23,482 bases of DNA from Candidatus Hodarchaeota archaeon (GCA_016839785.1 JAEOTQ010000218.1:1-23482); one strand, 5' to 3'. Positions 1 through 9,254 are shown, counted from the stretch's first letter. Translations and numbers: made by a program. The notes: generated by a model from the sequence alone, not told the origin.

Positions 1-773
1 ATACGGTCACTAATGGGTTGGATGGTATCTATCTCATGGATTGTTTGCGCTCCGTTGAGCACGGCAACTGTACGCTCAATACCCATTCCTGTATCCACAT
101 TATGTTGAGCTAATTTTTCAAATGTACCATCTGCTAACTTATTATAGCTCATAAAGACATCGTTCCAGATTTCAAAGTATTTTCCACAGTGACATCCTGG
201 ACGACATGTCTTTGAGCAAGCTTCTTTTCCAGTATCGAAAAACATCTCCGTATCGGGACCACAAGGTCCAGTAGAACCAGCAGGACCCCACCAATTATCA
301 ATACGTGGGAGAAAATAAATTCGTTCATCAGGAATACCCATCTTACGCCATATTGCTGCGGATTCCTCATCTTTGGGGACATCTTCATCCCCCTCAAACA
401 CAGTTACCGATAATCGATTAGGATCAATACCTAGCCAGTCTGGAGAAGTTAAAAATTCCCAGCTCATTGAAATGGCTTCTTCTTTGAAGTAATCACCCAA
501 TGACCAATTTCCTAACATTTCAAAAAATGTTAGGTGGGTTGGATCCCCCACCTCATCAATATCTCCCGTACGAATACATTTTTGACTATTGGCTATTCGT
601 TTTCCCGAAGGATGAGGTTCACCTGTAAAATATACCTGTAATGGATGCATCCCTGCAGTTGTGAAAAGAACTGTTGGATCATTTTCTGGAAAAATAGATG
701 CAGAAGGGATTATTACATGATTTCTTTCCTTAAAAAATTGAAAATACTTCTTCCTTAAAGTATTCGAATCCAT
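1..773 (-). CDS. alaS: Alanyl-tRNA synthetase, N-terminal aminoacylation domain (partial, runs off left edge)
   Basis: Manual translation from ATG at 773 gives [45 protein letters not shown]...[39 protein letters not shown]...[18 protein letters not shown]...EIWNDVFM...[10 protein letters not shown], which are AlaRS signature motifs. The frame is open to the window edge, so the ORF track missed it. Confidence 0.96.
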   Translation of the reverse strand, partial: MDSNTLRKKYFQFFKERNHVIIPSASIFPENDPTVLFTTAGMHPLQVYFTGEPHPSGKRIANSQKCIRTGDIDEVGDPTHLTFFEMLGNWSLGDYFKEEAISMSWEFLTSPDWLGIDPNRLSVTVFEGDEDVPKDEESAAIWRKMGIPDERIYFLPRIDNWWGPAGSTGPCGPDTEMFFDTGKEACSKTCRPGCHCGKYFEIWNDVFMSYNKLADGTFEKLAQHNVDTGMGIERTVAVLNGAQTIHEIDTIQPISDR

Positions 774-803
774 TGTTAGTCTACCATTTGATTATCTATT
801 TAT

Positions 804-3800
804 TTATGATTCAATGGTGATAGAAACTTTCCGTGTGTTTCCTTGAGGATCTTGGATTGCCCACTCTTTTTTAAATCCCTTTTTAGTAGCTGAAAAATCC
901 AGATCGGTTGCTAAGACTTCGTCCTTAATCAAAGAAGTATAATTTGTTACAATTTTCTTTGTATTTGGATCTAATTTTGTCACATGTACCGAAATGTTTG
1001 CGTCATAAGCTAACTCTAAATCTTTCCGCATAGATTGTATTCGACGGATTAAATCCCGCACGAATCCTTCTTGGATCAGTTCGTCAGTTAAAGACAAATT
1101 TAGGAAGAGATCTCCTTCTTTGAAACTAGTTCCACTAAATCCTTCTTTTTCTGTGATTCTAACTTCAAGGTCATCTTTATCTATGGTGAGTTCTTCTCCA
1201 TTGATAGTAACTTGATACTCACCTTTTTCCTCTAAAATCTGAGCAATTTCTTTAGCAGTTGAACCTTTCTGGGCTTTCATCCATGTAGCCACGTCATTTG
1301 CATTTTTCTTATACTTTGGCCCAAGTTGCTTAAAATTTGGAGCAAGTTCAATGTCTTGGAACTCTAAAGGATTATTAGAAAATTCTAATGATTTAACATT
1401 GAGTTCTTGCATAACTAAATCTTTGCATGAAGTCACTGCTTTTTTTCCAGAAGCACTACTTACTATAATTACCTCTTGAAGGGGCCAGCGTGCTTTTAGA
1501 TCTTTCTTTGCTCTGATAGATCTTCCGTTAGTGATTACTTCACGTGATATTGCTACACTTTCTTCAATCTTTGGTTTTACTCTCTTGGCATCTGAAACAG
1601 GGTAAGTTTCTAGATGAACACTATCTAAACCATTTCCCTGACTTCGTACTAAGATCCTATACATTTCCTCGGAAAGGAATGGTATGAGAGGAGCCAGTGC
1701 CTTGGATAAAGACTCGAGGATTTCATATAATGTTGAGTATGCTGATTTCTTTGATATAGTTAATGATTTTTCCCAAAATCGACGACGAGACTGACGAATC
1801 CATAGATTAGATAAATCATTGGTTAAAAAGTTCTTCAGCGCCTTTGTTGCACGATGAACTGCTAGATTGTCAAATGCTGTATAGACTTCTTTGAGTGTAT
1901 TATGATACCGTGATAAGATCCAGCGATCCAATAACGGGCGTTTCGAATATGCGACCTTATATTTCTTAAGATTCGGGGAATAATCATCAAGATTTGCATA
2001 AGTTATGAAGAATGATAAGACATTCCACAACGGAAGAAAGAATTCCTTAATTTCATCCTCAAGTAAAATAAAACCGAATCGAATATCATTCCAAGTAGGA
2101 ACGTTGAAGTACAACCACCGGACAGGATCAGCTCCGTATTTTTCAAAAGCTTCCTCAGGATAGATTACACTCCCACGAGACTTTGACATCTTCTTACCCT
2201 CTGCAGTAAGCCCATGTCCTGTCGATAGACATGATTTGTAGGCACGTTCATCAAAAACCACTGTAGAAATCGCTAGAAGCGAGTAAAACCATCCCCGTGT
2301 TTGATCTATTGCTTCTGTTATGAAATCAATTGGAAAATGTTTTTCAAACTCATCTTTATTCTCAAATGGATAGTGCCATTGAGCAAAAGTTGCTGATCCA
2401 GAGTCATACCAGCAATCGATAACATAAGGCTCCCGTGTGGCTTGAGTCTGACATGTTGCACAATGAACTTCAATGTTATCTACATCAGGTTTATGAAGTG
2501 AGAAATCCTTTGGTAAACCGCCTTTAGTAAGTTTGTTTAATTCTTCCCTACTTCCAACAATGAATTCATGGCCATTCTCGCAGGTCCAAATTGGTAATGG
2601 TGTACCCCAATATCTGGAACGAGAAAGAGACCAATCTTTTAACTCGTCAAGAAAATTTCCAAAACGGCCATCTTTCAAATGTTTCGGAACCCAACGAATC
2701 TGTTGATTCAATTCTCTTATTCGTTCACGAACTTGACTCATACCAATAAACCACGATTCCATAGCATAGTAGAGCAATGGCGAGTCACATCTCCAACAGA
2801 ATGGATAAGTATGAGTTATTTCCTCTACACGCAACAGTTTATTATCCGCCTTCAATTTCTCCATGATTTTTGGATCTGCGGCTTTAACGTGCATTCCTCC
2901 AAAATCTGGCATATCATCAACGAAATTTCCGTTTTCCAAAACTGGGTTGAACATCTCCACACCAATCTCTTTGCAAAGATCATAATCTTCAATACCAAAT
3001 GCAGGAGCACAATGAACTATACCAGTTCCATCCTCCATTGATACAAAATCGGCTGCTACAACGAAATGTGCTTTTCCAGTCTTATTTTCTGCAGTATAAG
3101 GAAAGAGAGCCTCATATTCTATACCAAGAAGGTCCTTTCCACGATATTCTTGGATAACTGTTTTTTCTGTAGGAAACACTCGTGTGAGCAAAGCTTTTGC
3201 AAAGATTAGATTTTCTCCTTCATGTTCTACTTCAACGTAGGATTCTTCTTCATTGACAGCAAGAACTAGATTAGACAGAAGAGTCCACGGAGTGGTTGTC
3301 CATGCTAAGAAATGACGTCTAGGCTCCCCTTTAATTTGAAATTTTATAAATATACTAGGATCAGTCGTTTCTGCATATCCTTGAGCGACTTCGTGAGATG
3401 AAATAGAAGTTCCACAGCGGGTACAATAAGGAACCACCTTATGGCCTTTAAAAAGTAGTTTTTTGTTGTAAATTTGTTGCAGTGACCACCAAACAGATTC
3501 AACGTAGTTTTCAGCCATAGTAATATATGCTCGTGGTAAATCTAGTTGAACTCCTAGTCGTTCATCCATGTCTTCCCATTCATTTACATATCGCATAACA
3601 GAAATTCGACATTCTTTAATGAAACGATCAACCCCATACGCTTCAATGTCTTCTTTGTCTTTTAGCCCAAGATCCTTTTCTACTTCGATTTCTACAGGTA
3701 AACCATGGCAATCCCATCCACCGATCCTTGGAGAAACAAAATGACCAGTCATCGTTTTAAAACGAAGAAATACGTCTTTGATTGCACGTGGTAATACATG

Positions 3801-3974
3801 GCCTATATGCGGAAGACCATTAGCAGTTGGAGGGCCTTCTAGAAAAATGTAAAGCGGATTTTCACTTGATTCCTCTTGGACACGTTTTTCTAGGCTTATC
3901 TGCTTCCAATATTCCAATACGTCTTTTTCACGCGTTGGAAGATCAGGTTTAGCTGGTAATGTCGGAAATTTCAC
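804..3974 (-). CDS. ileS: Isoleucyl-tRNA synthetase (archaeal/eukaryote-like type 2)
   Basis: 1056 aa with EGPPTANGLPHIGH, GWDCHGLPVE, WTTTPWTL, GTGIVHCAPAFG, WSLSRSRYWGTPLP, EAIDQTRGWFY and KMSKS. The type-2 C-terminus includes EGFVRDLIRRIQSMRK. Confidence 0.97.
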   Translation of the reverse strand: MKFPTLPAKPDLPTREKDVLEYWKQISLEKRVQEESSENPLYIFLEGPPTANGLPHIGHVLPRAIKDVFLRFKTMTGHFVSPRIGGWDCHGLPVEIEVEKDLGLKDKEDIEAYGVDRFIKECRISVMRYVNEWEDMDERLGVQLDLPRAYITMAENYVESVWWSLQQIYNKKLLFKGHKVVPYCTRCGTSISSHEVAQGYAETTDPSIFIKFQIKGEPRRHFLAWTTTPWTLLSNLVLAVNEEESYVEVEHEGENLIFAKALLTRVFPTEKTVIQEYRGKDLLGIEYEALFPYTAENKTGKAHFVVAADFVSMEDGTGIVHCAPAFGIEDYDLCKEIGVEMFNPVLENGNFVDDMPDFGGMHVKAADPKIMEKLKADNKLLRVEEITHTYPFCWRCDSPLLYYAMESWFIGMSQVRERIRELNQQIRWVPKHLKDGRFGNFLDELKDWSLSRSRYWGTPLPIWTCENGHEFIVGSREELNKLTKGGLPKDFSLHKPDVDNIEVHCATCQTQATREPYVIDCWYDSGSATFAQWHYPFENKDEFEKHFPIDFITEAIDQTRGWFYSLLAISTVVFDERAYKSCLSTGHGLTAEGKKMSKSRGSVIYPEEAFEKYGADPVRWLYFNVPTWNDIRFGFILLEDEIKEFFLPLWNVLSFFITYANLDDYSPNLKKYKVAYSKRPLLDRWILSRYHNTLKEVYTAFDNLAVHRATKALKNFLTNDLSNLWIRQSRRRFWEKSLTISKKSAYSTLYEILESLSKALAPLIPFLSEEMYRILVRSQGNGLDSVHLETYPVSDAKRVKPKIEESVAISREVITNGRSIRAKKDLKARWPLQEVIIVSSASGKKAVTSCKDLVMQELNVKSLEFSNNPLEFQDIELAPNFKQLGPKYKKNANDVATWMKAQKGSTAKEIAQILEEKGEYQVTINGEELTIDKDDLEVRITEKEGFSGTSFKEGDLFLNLSLTDELIQEGFVRDLIRRIQSMRKDLELAYDANISVHVTKLDPNTKKIVTNYTSLIKDEVLATDLDFSATKKGFKKEWAIQDPQGNTRKVSITIES

Positions 3975-4065
3975 CTTAATAACCTTGAATTATTCTTTTG
4001 GGGTCGAAATATTGTACAATCGCCAAAAAAAATAATAAGTAAAAAACTTTTATCGCCAGTTTTCT

Positions 4066-4085
4066 AAAAAACAGATCTATCTGTT
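4066..4085 (-). terminator. Possible terminator/attenuator hairpin in the ileS leader
   Basis: The minus strand reads AACAGA-TAGA-TCTGTT followed by TTTT, about 90 nt upstream of the ileS start. Confidence 0.3.
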
Positions 4086-4158
4086 ATTCTTCTACGAATG
4101 GTAATAATGCCTTATCTTTCCATCGATTTACATTGGATAGATTCAGGTTAATATGAAA

Positions 4159-4227
4159 ATCTCCTCCTATTTATTCCCCATCACTACTTTAGGGAGGTCG
4201 AACCCGCTGGTTCTTTAGGAGGGAGAC
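4159..4227 (-). promoter_or_regulatory. Candidate structured RNA element (three-way junction) upstream of ileS
   Basis: A GC-rich island in an AT-rich spacer. The outer stem 4160-4169/4216-4226 encloses hairpins GAACC-AGCG-GGTTC and TCCCTA..TGGGGA (minus-strand reading). Confidence 0.35.
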
Positions 4228-4294
4228 TGTTCAGTTTATTACAGTATTAGAAGAAATATCAGATTTAATGAACTCAAATGTTAAAAAACACTAA

Positions 4295-5041
4295 CTAAAT
4301 ATCCTGCCATCCAAGAACTTGCTTGAAATCCAATTGGATCAAGTTATTAGTTGTAAATTGCTTTTCTTGTTTACCCGGGGAAGTCCATAATCCTATCCTC
4401 CCGTCAGGTGATAAGCAATTATCAGATATAAACGATGCAAAGATATCCATCATTTGAATTTTTATTATTCCCGTGCTGTACACAAAAGTCACATTCCGTT
4501 GACCAGAGGCGGCAGTTTCATATCTAAAAGACTTTTCATTGCCAATCAAAAAGGATAACACGTAACAGCCATATGTCTCTGGTAGATAACTCTCAAGAAA
4601 AGCTTTTTTCACGAATTTCAGAAAGGAGTCAAAATTTTTGTCGAAACAAGTAATGCTCAATAATCCTGAAGTACGCAACTCCTCTGAGGTAATCTTTTCA
4701 AAGTAATTCCTTGCTTCTTGAGTTTTGTAATGATCGAGGAAGAGTTCACCAAGGAGAAAATTCATTCTGTTTTGCTCATCATTGTAAAGATAATTATCTA
4801 TTATATGATCAATATTTACCCGAGGATCGATATCAAGAGTAAAACCGAAACTTTTATTCCTCATTCTCTGAATAAGTCTTTCAAATCTTGCATTTATTTT
4901 CAAACCAGGAGCTTCTCGTTTGGTGACTTGTGTAAATAAGGCTTCAGCTAGTTCCATAAATTCCTTTTCATCTACTGACTTTGGAGTTGTTTTTTCTCTT
5001 TCAGACAAGTCATAAATCTTTCTACGGTCTTTAATTTCCAT
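4295..5041 (-). CDS. Hypothetical protein with one TPR-like helical segment
   Basis: 248-aa ORF with an ATG start. The segment NFLLGELFLDHYKTQEARNYFEKI resembles a TPR repeat; no family was recognised. Confidence 0.7.
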   Translation of the reverse strand: MEIKDRRKIYDLSEREKTTPKSVDEKEFMELAEALFTQVTKREAPGLKINARFERLIQRMRNKSFGFTLDIDPRVNIDHIIDNYLYNDEQNRMNFLLGELFLDHYKTQEARNYFEKITSEELRTSGLLSITCFDKNFDSFLKFVKKAFLESYLPETYGCYVLSFLIGNEKSFRYETAASGQRNVTFVYSTGIIKIQMMDIFASFISDNCLSPDGRIGLWTSPGKQEKQFTTNNLIQLDFKQVLGWQDI

Positions 5042-5510
5042 TTTAAAAAAGGTCTGCCTCAGTCAATGAGGTTTTAGAAATTAAAAACGACGTAAGCCTA
5101 TTTATTTGTGCGAAATATTGGGGAATAGAAATTTTATCAACTTTAAATAATACACTCTGTTTTTGAAATCATGATATCCATTTATCGATTTCAGTATCAG
5201 TTTCAGATGAGAAGGAGCGCTTTAACAGGATATCCTCCAAGATTTTGACGCCGTATCCAAAGAATCTTTATTTTTCTTGATTATCATTCGGGTACGACTA
5301 ACTTTTGTATAAATTTTGACAATAAAGTTATCTTGTTGATCCGATTGTGCGATCGTCTTGCTTTTATTAATTCCTTTTATAAATGAAGTTTGATAATTAA
5401 GCAGAAGAAGATAGGGGAAAAGTAGAATACAAAGCCTTTTCAACCTCGAGAAAGATTTTTTTAACAATAAATCATTTTCACAATCGAATATCCTTACTTA
5501 TCCAGTCGAG

Positions 5511-5906
5511 TTGTTACTAGTGTCGGAATCCGCACAAAAAACCATAGATGTTGTAGCTAATGTCTTTAAAAGCGAAAATGCCGAGATACCGTTGTGTATT
5601 TCTGTAGTTCTTGCTTCTGAAGGATTTGAACTCTATTCCACAAAAACATGTGATCCTGCTGAAATGGAGGCTTTGACTGTATTAGGCTTGATAGCTTTTG
5701 AGGAATTAAAAACTTCTATAGCCTCAAGGACGAATGAACAAATCAATATTCTAATCTTTAGAACAACAGAGCGCGAATGTTATGTAGCTCCAGTCTCAGA
5801 TGATATATTTCTAGTAGCTGCTGCGGCTCCAGGAACAGTAGGGAATGTAATGCCATTATTAGACGGTTTAAGTGCTCAAGTGAAATATGAATTATCAAAG
5901 TTGTAA
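5511..5906 (+). CDS. Roadblock/LC7 (MglB-like) domain protein
   Basis: About 130 aa with the roadblock pattern: helix, VVLASEGFELYS, helix EALTVLGLIAFEEL, strands INILIFRT/CYVAPV/DIFLVAAA, then GNV and a C-terminal helix. The true start may be GTG 5520. Confidence 0.75.
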   Translation: MLLVSESAQKTIDVVANVFKSENAEIPLCISVVLASEGFELYSTKTCDPAEMEALTVLGLIAFEELKTSIASRTNEQINILIFRTTERECYVAPVSDDIFLVAAAAPGTVGNVMPLLDGLSAQVKYELSKL

Positions 5907-5912
5907 ATAAGT

Positions 5913-6746
5913 GTGAAAGCGATGAACTATAAACGTCTTCAATCTGTTGCAGAAGAAGCTGCACGAATGGCTGGATCTTTCCTTCGATTAATGTCTTTTA
6001 AAGATTTACAAATGTTTAGGAAAGGAGTAGGAGATGTAACAACGAACTTCGATCTTGAGAGTGAACGTCTTATAAAAAATCATATTTTGATGCATTTTCC
6101 AGGCCACACTTTACAAGCAGAAGAATCAGCATCAGAAGATCAACTCTCCACAGAAACAGTAACTTGGTTCATTGACCCTCTAGATGGAACGAAAGCATTT
6201 CTCAGAGGGAATTTAGCATTTGTATGTATGTCCATAGCTGCTTGGGATGAAACGGGTCTATTAGCAGGAGTGGTCTATAACCCTTTTACTGATATGTTAT
6301 ATTCAACTGCAAAGGATAACTCTGTATTCCTAAATGGATCTATTCTCCCTCCTCCAAGAGTACATCATCTATCTGAAGCTAGACTTCTTGTTGATTTTTC
6401 AAAACAAATTTCTGATGATTTAAAAAAGGAATTAGCAGTAGCTGATCTAGATGGAATTATTGGGCGATCATACCGATTAGGCGGAGGAATCTCTCAACAT
6501 TTAATGTTGATAGCTCAGGGAACTCTTCATGGAGGTATCTTTTGGGGTATAGGAAGGAAAGGAAAGTTCTGGGATATTGCTGCAGCAACTTTAATTCTTG
6601 AACAGTTAGGAATTAAGATAACCACACTTGAAGGAAAATCAGTCCACCCAACAGATACAATTTTTGATCAGCTTGTTATCGCCTCCCCTTCTCTTCACAA
6701 AGAATTACTTGAATGGGTTGAAAAATTGAAAACTAAGTATTCTTAA
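5913..6746 (+). CDS. Inositol monophosphatase family (SuhB/FIG superfamily)
   Basis: Motifs DVTTNFD, AEES, WFIDPLDGT, GVVYNP and WDIAAA. Confidence 0.92.
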   Translation: MKAMNYKRLQSVAEEAARMAGSFLRLMSFKDLQMFRKGVGDVTTNFDLESERLIKNHILMHFPGHTLQAEESASEDQLSTETVTWFIDPLDGTKAFLRGNLAFVCMSIAAWDETGLLAGVVYNPFTDMLYSTAKDNSVFLNGSILPPPRVHHLSEARLLVDFSKQISDDLKKELAVADLDGIIGRSYRLGGGISQHLMLIAQGTLHGGIFWGIGRKGKFWDIAAATLILEQLGIKITTLEGKSVHPTDTIFDQLVIASPSLHKELLEWVEKLKTKYS

Positions 6747-6750
6747 CGGA

Positions 6751-7518
6751 CTAATCATCCGGATCATCAAGGAATTCAGGTCGAAGTTTTAACCTTTGAA
6801 CAGGACGACCTTCTTCTGTGTAACCAATCGCACTGAATTTATTAGATTGTATGAAATGTTCATAGAGAGTCTGTTGCAGTTTTCGGCCGAGGACAAATCG
6901 GTCACCTAATTCAAAGAAGTCGAGTTGTAATGAAGCAGCCGAATCTTTAAATGCTTTTAATATCCATTTACGAAGGTATTTTTCAAGGCCAGAACTCTTG
7001 GCTAAACGTGAATGAATTTCTTGAGCATGATGTATTTCAACACTTTGAGTACTATTAGTTTTGGTTTCGTTTAGATATCTAAGCAATTTCTTCTTTATAT
7101 CTTTAGGGGAATTTTCACTCGTATAATTAATCGTGATTCTCTTTTTATGCTTCTCATAGCTCCTCTTTTCTTCCTCAAATAAGTATAGAATCAGGTCATC
7201 AATAATTTCAGTGGCGTCAGTAAAAGCACTCAAATTGATTTCCAACAAAAATTTCGGGTTAATTACTCTCCAGTGCTTAATTTCCCTTCCTGCTTCATTT
7301 TTTTCCATTTGATATCGTGCTAAACCTAATTCTCTTAATTTTTCAAGATGATGAAGAATTGTAGGAATTTTTTTCCCCATTCTATCTGCTAATTGAGAAG
7401 CAGTAACTCCCTTAGGAGAAGCTGTATTCATAGAAAGGAGCATTCCTAGTCTAGTCGGGTCAGCTAGGGCTTTTATAACTGGTATAACTTCTCCAGGGTC
7501 AGTAAATGTAGGATCCAA
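6751..7518 (-). CDS. ArsR/SmtB-type winged-helix regulator with long C-terminal extension
   Basis: KALADPTRLGML...TASQLADRMGKKIPTILHHLEKLRELGL followed by a wing (GREIKHW), plus about 160 additional residues. TTG start. Confidence 0.85.
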   Translation of the reverse strand: MDPTFTDPGEVIPVIKALADPTRLGMLLSMNTASPKGVTASQLADRMGKKIPTILHHLEKLRELGLARYQMEKNEAGREIKHWRVINPKFLLEINLSAFTDATEIIDDLILYLFEEEKRSYEKHKKRITINYTSENSPKDIKKKLLRYLNETKTNSTQSVEIHHAQEIHSRLAKSSGLEKYLRKWILKAFKDSAASLQLDFFELGDRFVLGRKLQQTLYEHFIQSNKFSAIGYTEEGRPVQRLKLRPEFLDDPDD

Positions 7519-7635
7519 AAAAATCTGCTCCTAACTTATCATTCCTTTCTCTGTTTAAAAACTGACATCTAATGGCACAAACTAAATCAGTAGCTGGGTT
7601 TTTTTCTCCCTATCTCTATACATTTATTGGTTTGC

Positions 7636-7938
7636 TTATAGTGAATCTGATCCAGCTTCAGGAATTGGCGGGGGAGACCATTTTTTCATTATAATCACTC
7701 CTAAGAGTAATACAAATCCACCAGCTACAAGTAATAACCCGACTAATAACCCGTCGAAGTAATTTAAATGATTTGTTTTAGTTGTTTCTATAATTACTCC
7801 AGTAATACTAAACAGTCCGAGTATCATTGTCATTAAACTTGCTGTAAACAAGATCCAATAAATAAATGGGTTTAAAGTTGTGTTAGGGGTAGATAGAGTC
7901 ACTTTTTCTTGAAATGACGTATCATCAGAGCTGCTCAT
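7636..7938 (-). CDS. Small hypothetical membrane protein (2 TM)
   Basis: Two hydrophobic segments (FIYWILFTASLMTMILGLFSITGVII and GLLVGLLLVAGGFVLLLGVII) and a Pro-rich tail. ATG 7938 (MSSSDD) is preferred over the track start at 7995. Confidence 0.7.
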   Translation of the reverse strand: MSSSDDTSFQEKVTLSTPNTTLNPFIYWILFTASLMTMILGLFSITGVIIETTKTNHLNYFDGLLVGLLLVAGGFVLLLGVIIMKKWSPPPIPEAGSDSL

Positions 7939-8151
7939 TAATTCACTTTCCAATTCTAATAGTATCTTAAGAATATTATATCTTTTCTTTAACATAAAAG
8001 CGAAGTAACAACTTTTATTTCTTAAATGGTAGGAGGAGAATCATTCAGGAATTAAAAAAGCAAATAGGTCATTTTCAACAATTTTCAGGTATTCTATGTA
8101 ATATGCTCATAATATCCCTGCTTTAGAACTAAGGGGATTAATGAAGTATTT

Positions 8152-8412
8152 ATGCAACAGTTAACTCAGCCGATCTCTGATGAAAGGATTCATGATTATC
8201 GGGTACGAAATTATACTCACGAAGCGATCGATCAAGGCGAATTATCTTGTTTAGTCCAATTTATAGCATCATTAGACGTATGTAAAGTATGTGTCAGAGA
8301 GATTCCCAAGATTCAATCATCTTTTGGATCAGAATTGGATTTTTCTATTGATTTCGATAATAAAACTCTGGATATTCGATATGGCCGAAGATCTACTGTT
8401 TCTGGCTGGTAG
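8152..8412 (+). CDS. Small hypothetical protein
   Basis: 86-aa ATG ORF in an otherwise empty gap. It contains CKVC and is followed by a T-tract. Confidence 0.6.
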   Translation: MQQLTQPISDERIHDYRVRNYTHEAIDQGELSCLVQFIASLDVCKVCVREIPKIQSSFGSELDFSIDFDNKTLDIRYGRRSTVSGW

Positions 8413-8546
8413 TAATACTTCATCAATCTTTTTTAATCGGCTAGTCGTCATCTTTTAACATATTTTTTACCTGGTTCACTTGAAAGAAGGAAGATTTTCT
8501 ACAAAGAGTAAATTTTTAACACGATTATTCGTCGAACTCACTTGAA

Positions 8547-9254
8547 ATGCCAAGAGAAAAAATCACTCACAATATTGGTAGGAAATTTCACAGACGTACG
8601 GATAAAGAAAAGCAGATCTTAACTCAGCTAAGAAAACAATCAAAATTTTATCTGAACTTACTAAAAGACAATGGGATCAAGGCGTTTATTCACGGATCAG
8701 TTGCACGTGGAGACGTGAATCAAGCTTCTGATATTGATATTAACATTCCATATCATGTACCCTCGTTTCGATTAGATGTGATAGAAGAATTCGAAAAATC
8801 CGAACGACGGATAATCATGGGAACACCAAACTCAACTATTAAAGGCTTATTCGTGATTGATGAAAAGGTTTCATTAACTTTTCCATTAACACCGCCTACG
8901 GAGCGTGAGATTGATTTTTATAGGTTTTCAGGACTAATGTATCTAGAAGAATTATTAGAAAAGGTAGGGGTCCCCGGAGTTACAAAGCAATTACTCTTAA
9001 TTGAACCAACGAGGACAGGTTATTGGTATTCATCACTTTTAAGTCAAAAAAAGACGGCAATGAAATTTTTGAATGTTTCTCAGCGAATAATTGATGAACG
9101 AATTCGTGTTTTAACACGTCGAGACAAAATAGGAAGGACTGGGGTAATTCTGGATTATTCCTTCCCTCCCACAACTAATTTTGAACAAGCACTCCATCAT
9201 TTAAGCTCTCAAAATCCCATTGTACGCAATCAGATAAGTAGATCAAATAAATAA
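8547..9254 (+). CDS. Archaeal Pol-beta-superfamily nucleotidyltransferase (COG2413-like)
   Basis: HGSVARGDVNQASDIDI (GS..DxD), plus TPNSTIKG, EIDFYRFSG, VPGVTKQLLLIEPT and ERIRVLTRRDKIGRTG. Confidence 0.88.
   Translation: MPREKITHNIGRKFHRRTDKEKQILTQLRKQSKFYLNLLKDNGIKAFIHGSVARGDVNQASDIDINIPYHVPSFRLDVIEEFEKSERRIIMGTPNSTIKGLFVIDEKVSLTFPLTPPTEREIDFYRFSGLMYLEELLEKVGVPGVTKQLLLIEPTRTGYWYSSLLSQKKTAMKFLNVSQRIIDERIRVLTRRDKIGRTGVILDYSFPPTTNFEQALHHLSSQNPIVRNQISRSNK

Noticed and set aside
149-397. 82-aa ORF in the track
   Set aside because: An alternative-frame shadow inside alaS.
2679-3041. Antisense ORF; likewise 4718-4939, 5758-5964, 8980-9174, 9596-9922, 10833-11051, 11256-11522, 12040-12231, 13319-13567, 14729-14920, 15230-15460, 18522-18707, 19873-20127, 20427-20660 and 20916-21170
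   Set aside because: All overlap better-supported genes on the opposite strand or in another frame and show no recognisable motifs.
4159-4227. tRNA gene or T-box riboswitch upstream of ileS
   Set aside because: GGTTCGA is present, but there is no cloverleaf with acceptor, D and anticodon arms and no T-box GGTGGNACCGCG consensus. It is kept only as an unknown structure.
5222-5467. 81-aa ORF in the divergent spacer
   Set aside because: Low-complexity AT-rich composition, TTG start and no motif; the region is probably promoter DNA.
8547-9254. Nucleotidyltransferase as MNT-HEPN antitoxin or CBASS cyclase
   Set aside because: There is no adjacent HEPN or effector gene, and size and motifs fit the conserved archaeal COG2413 type.
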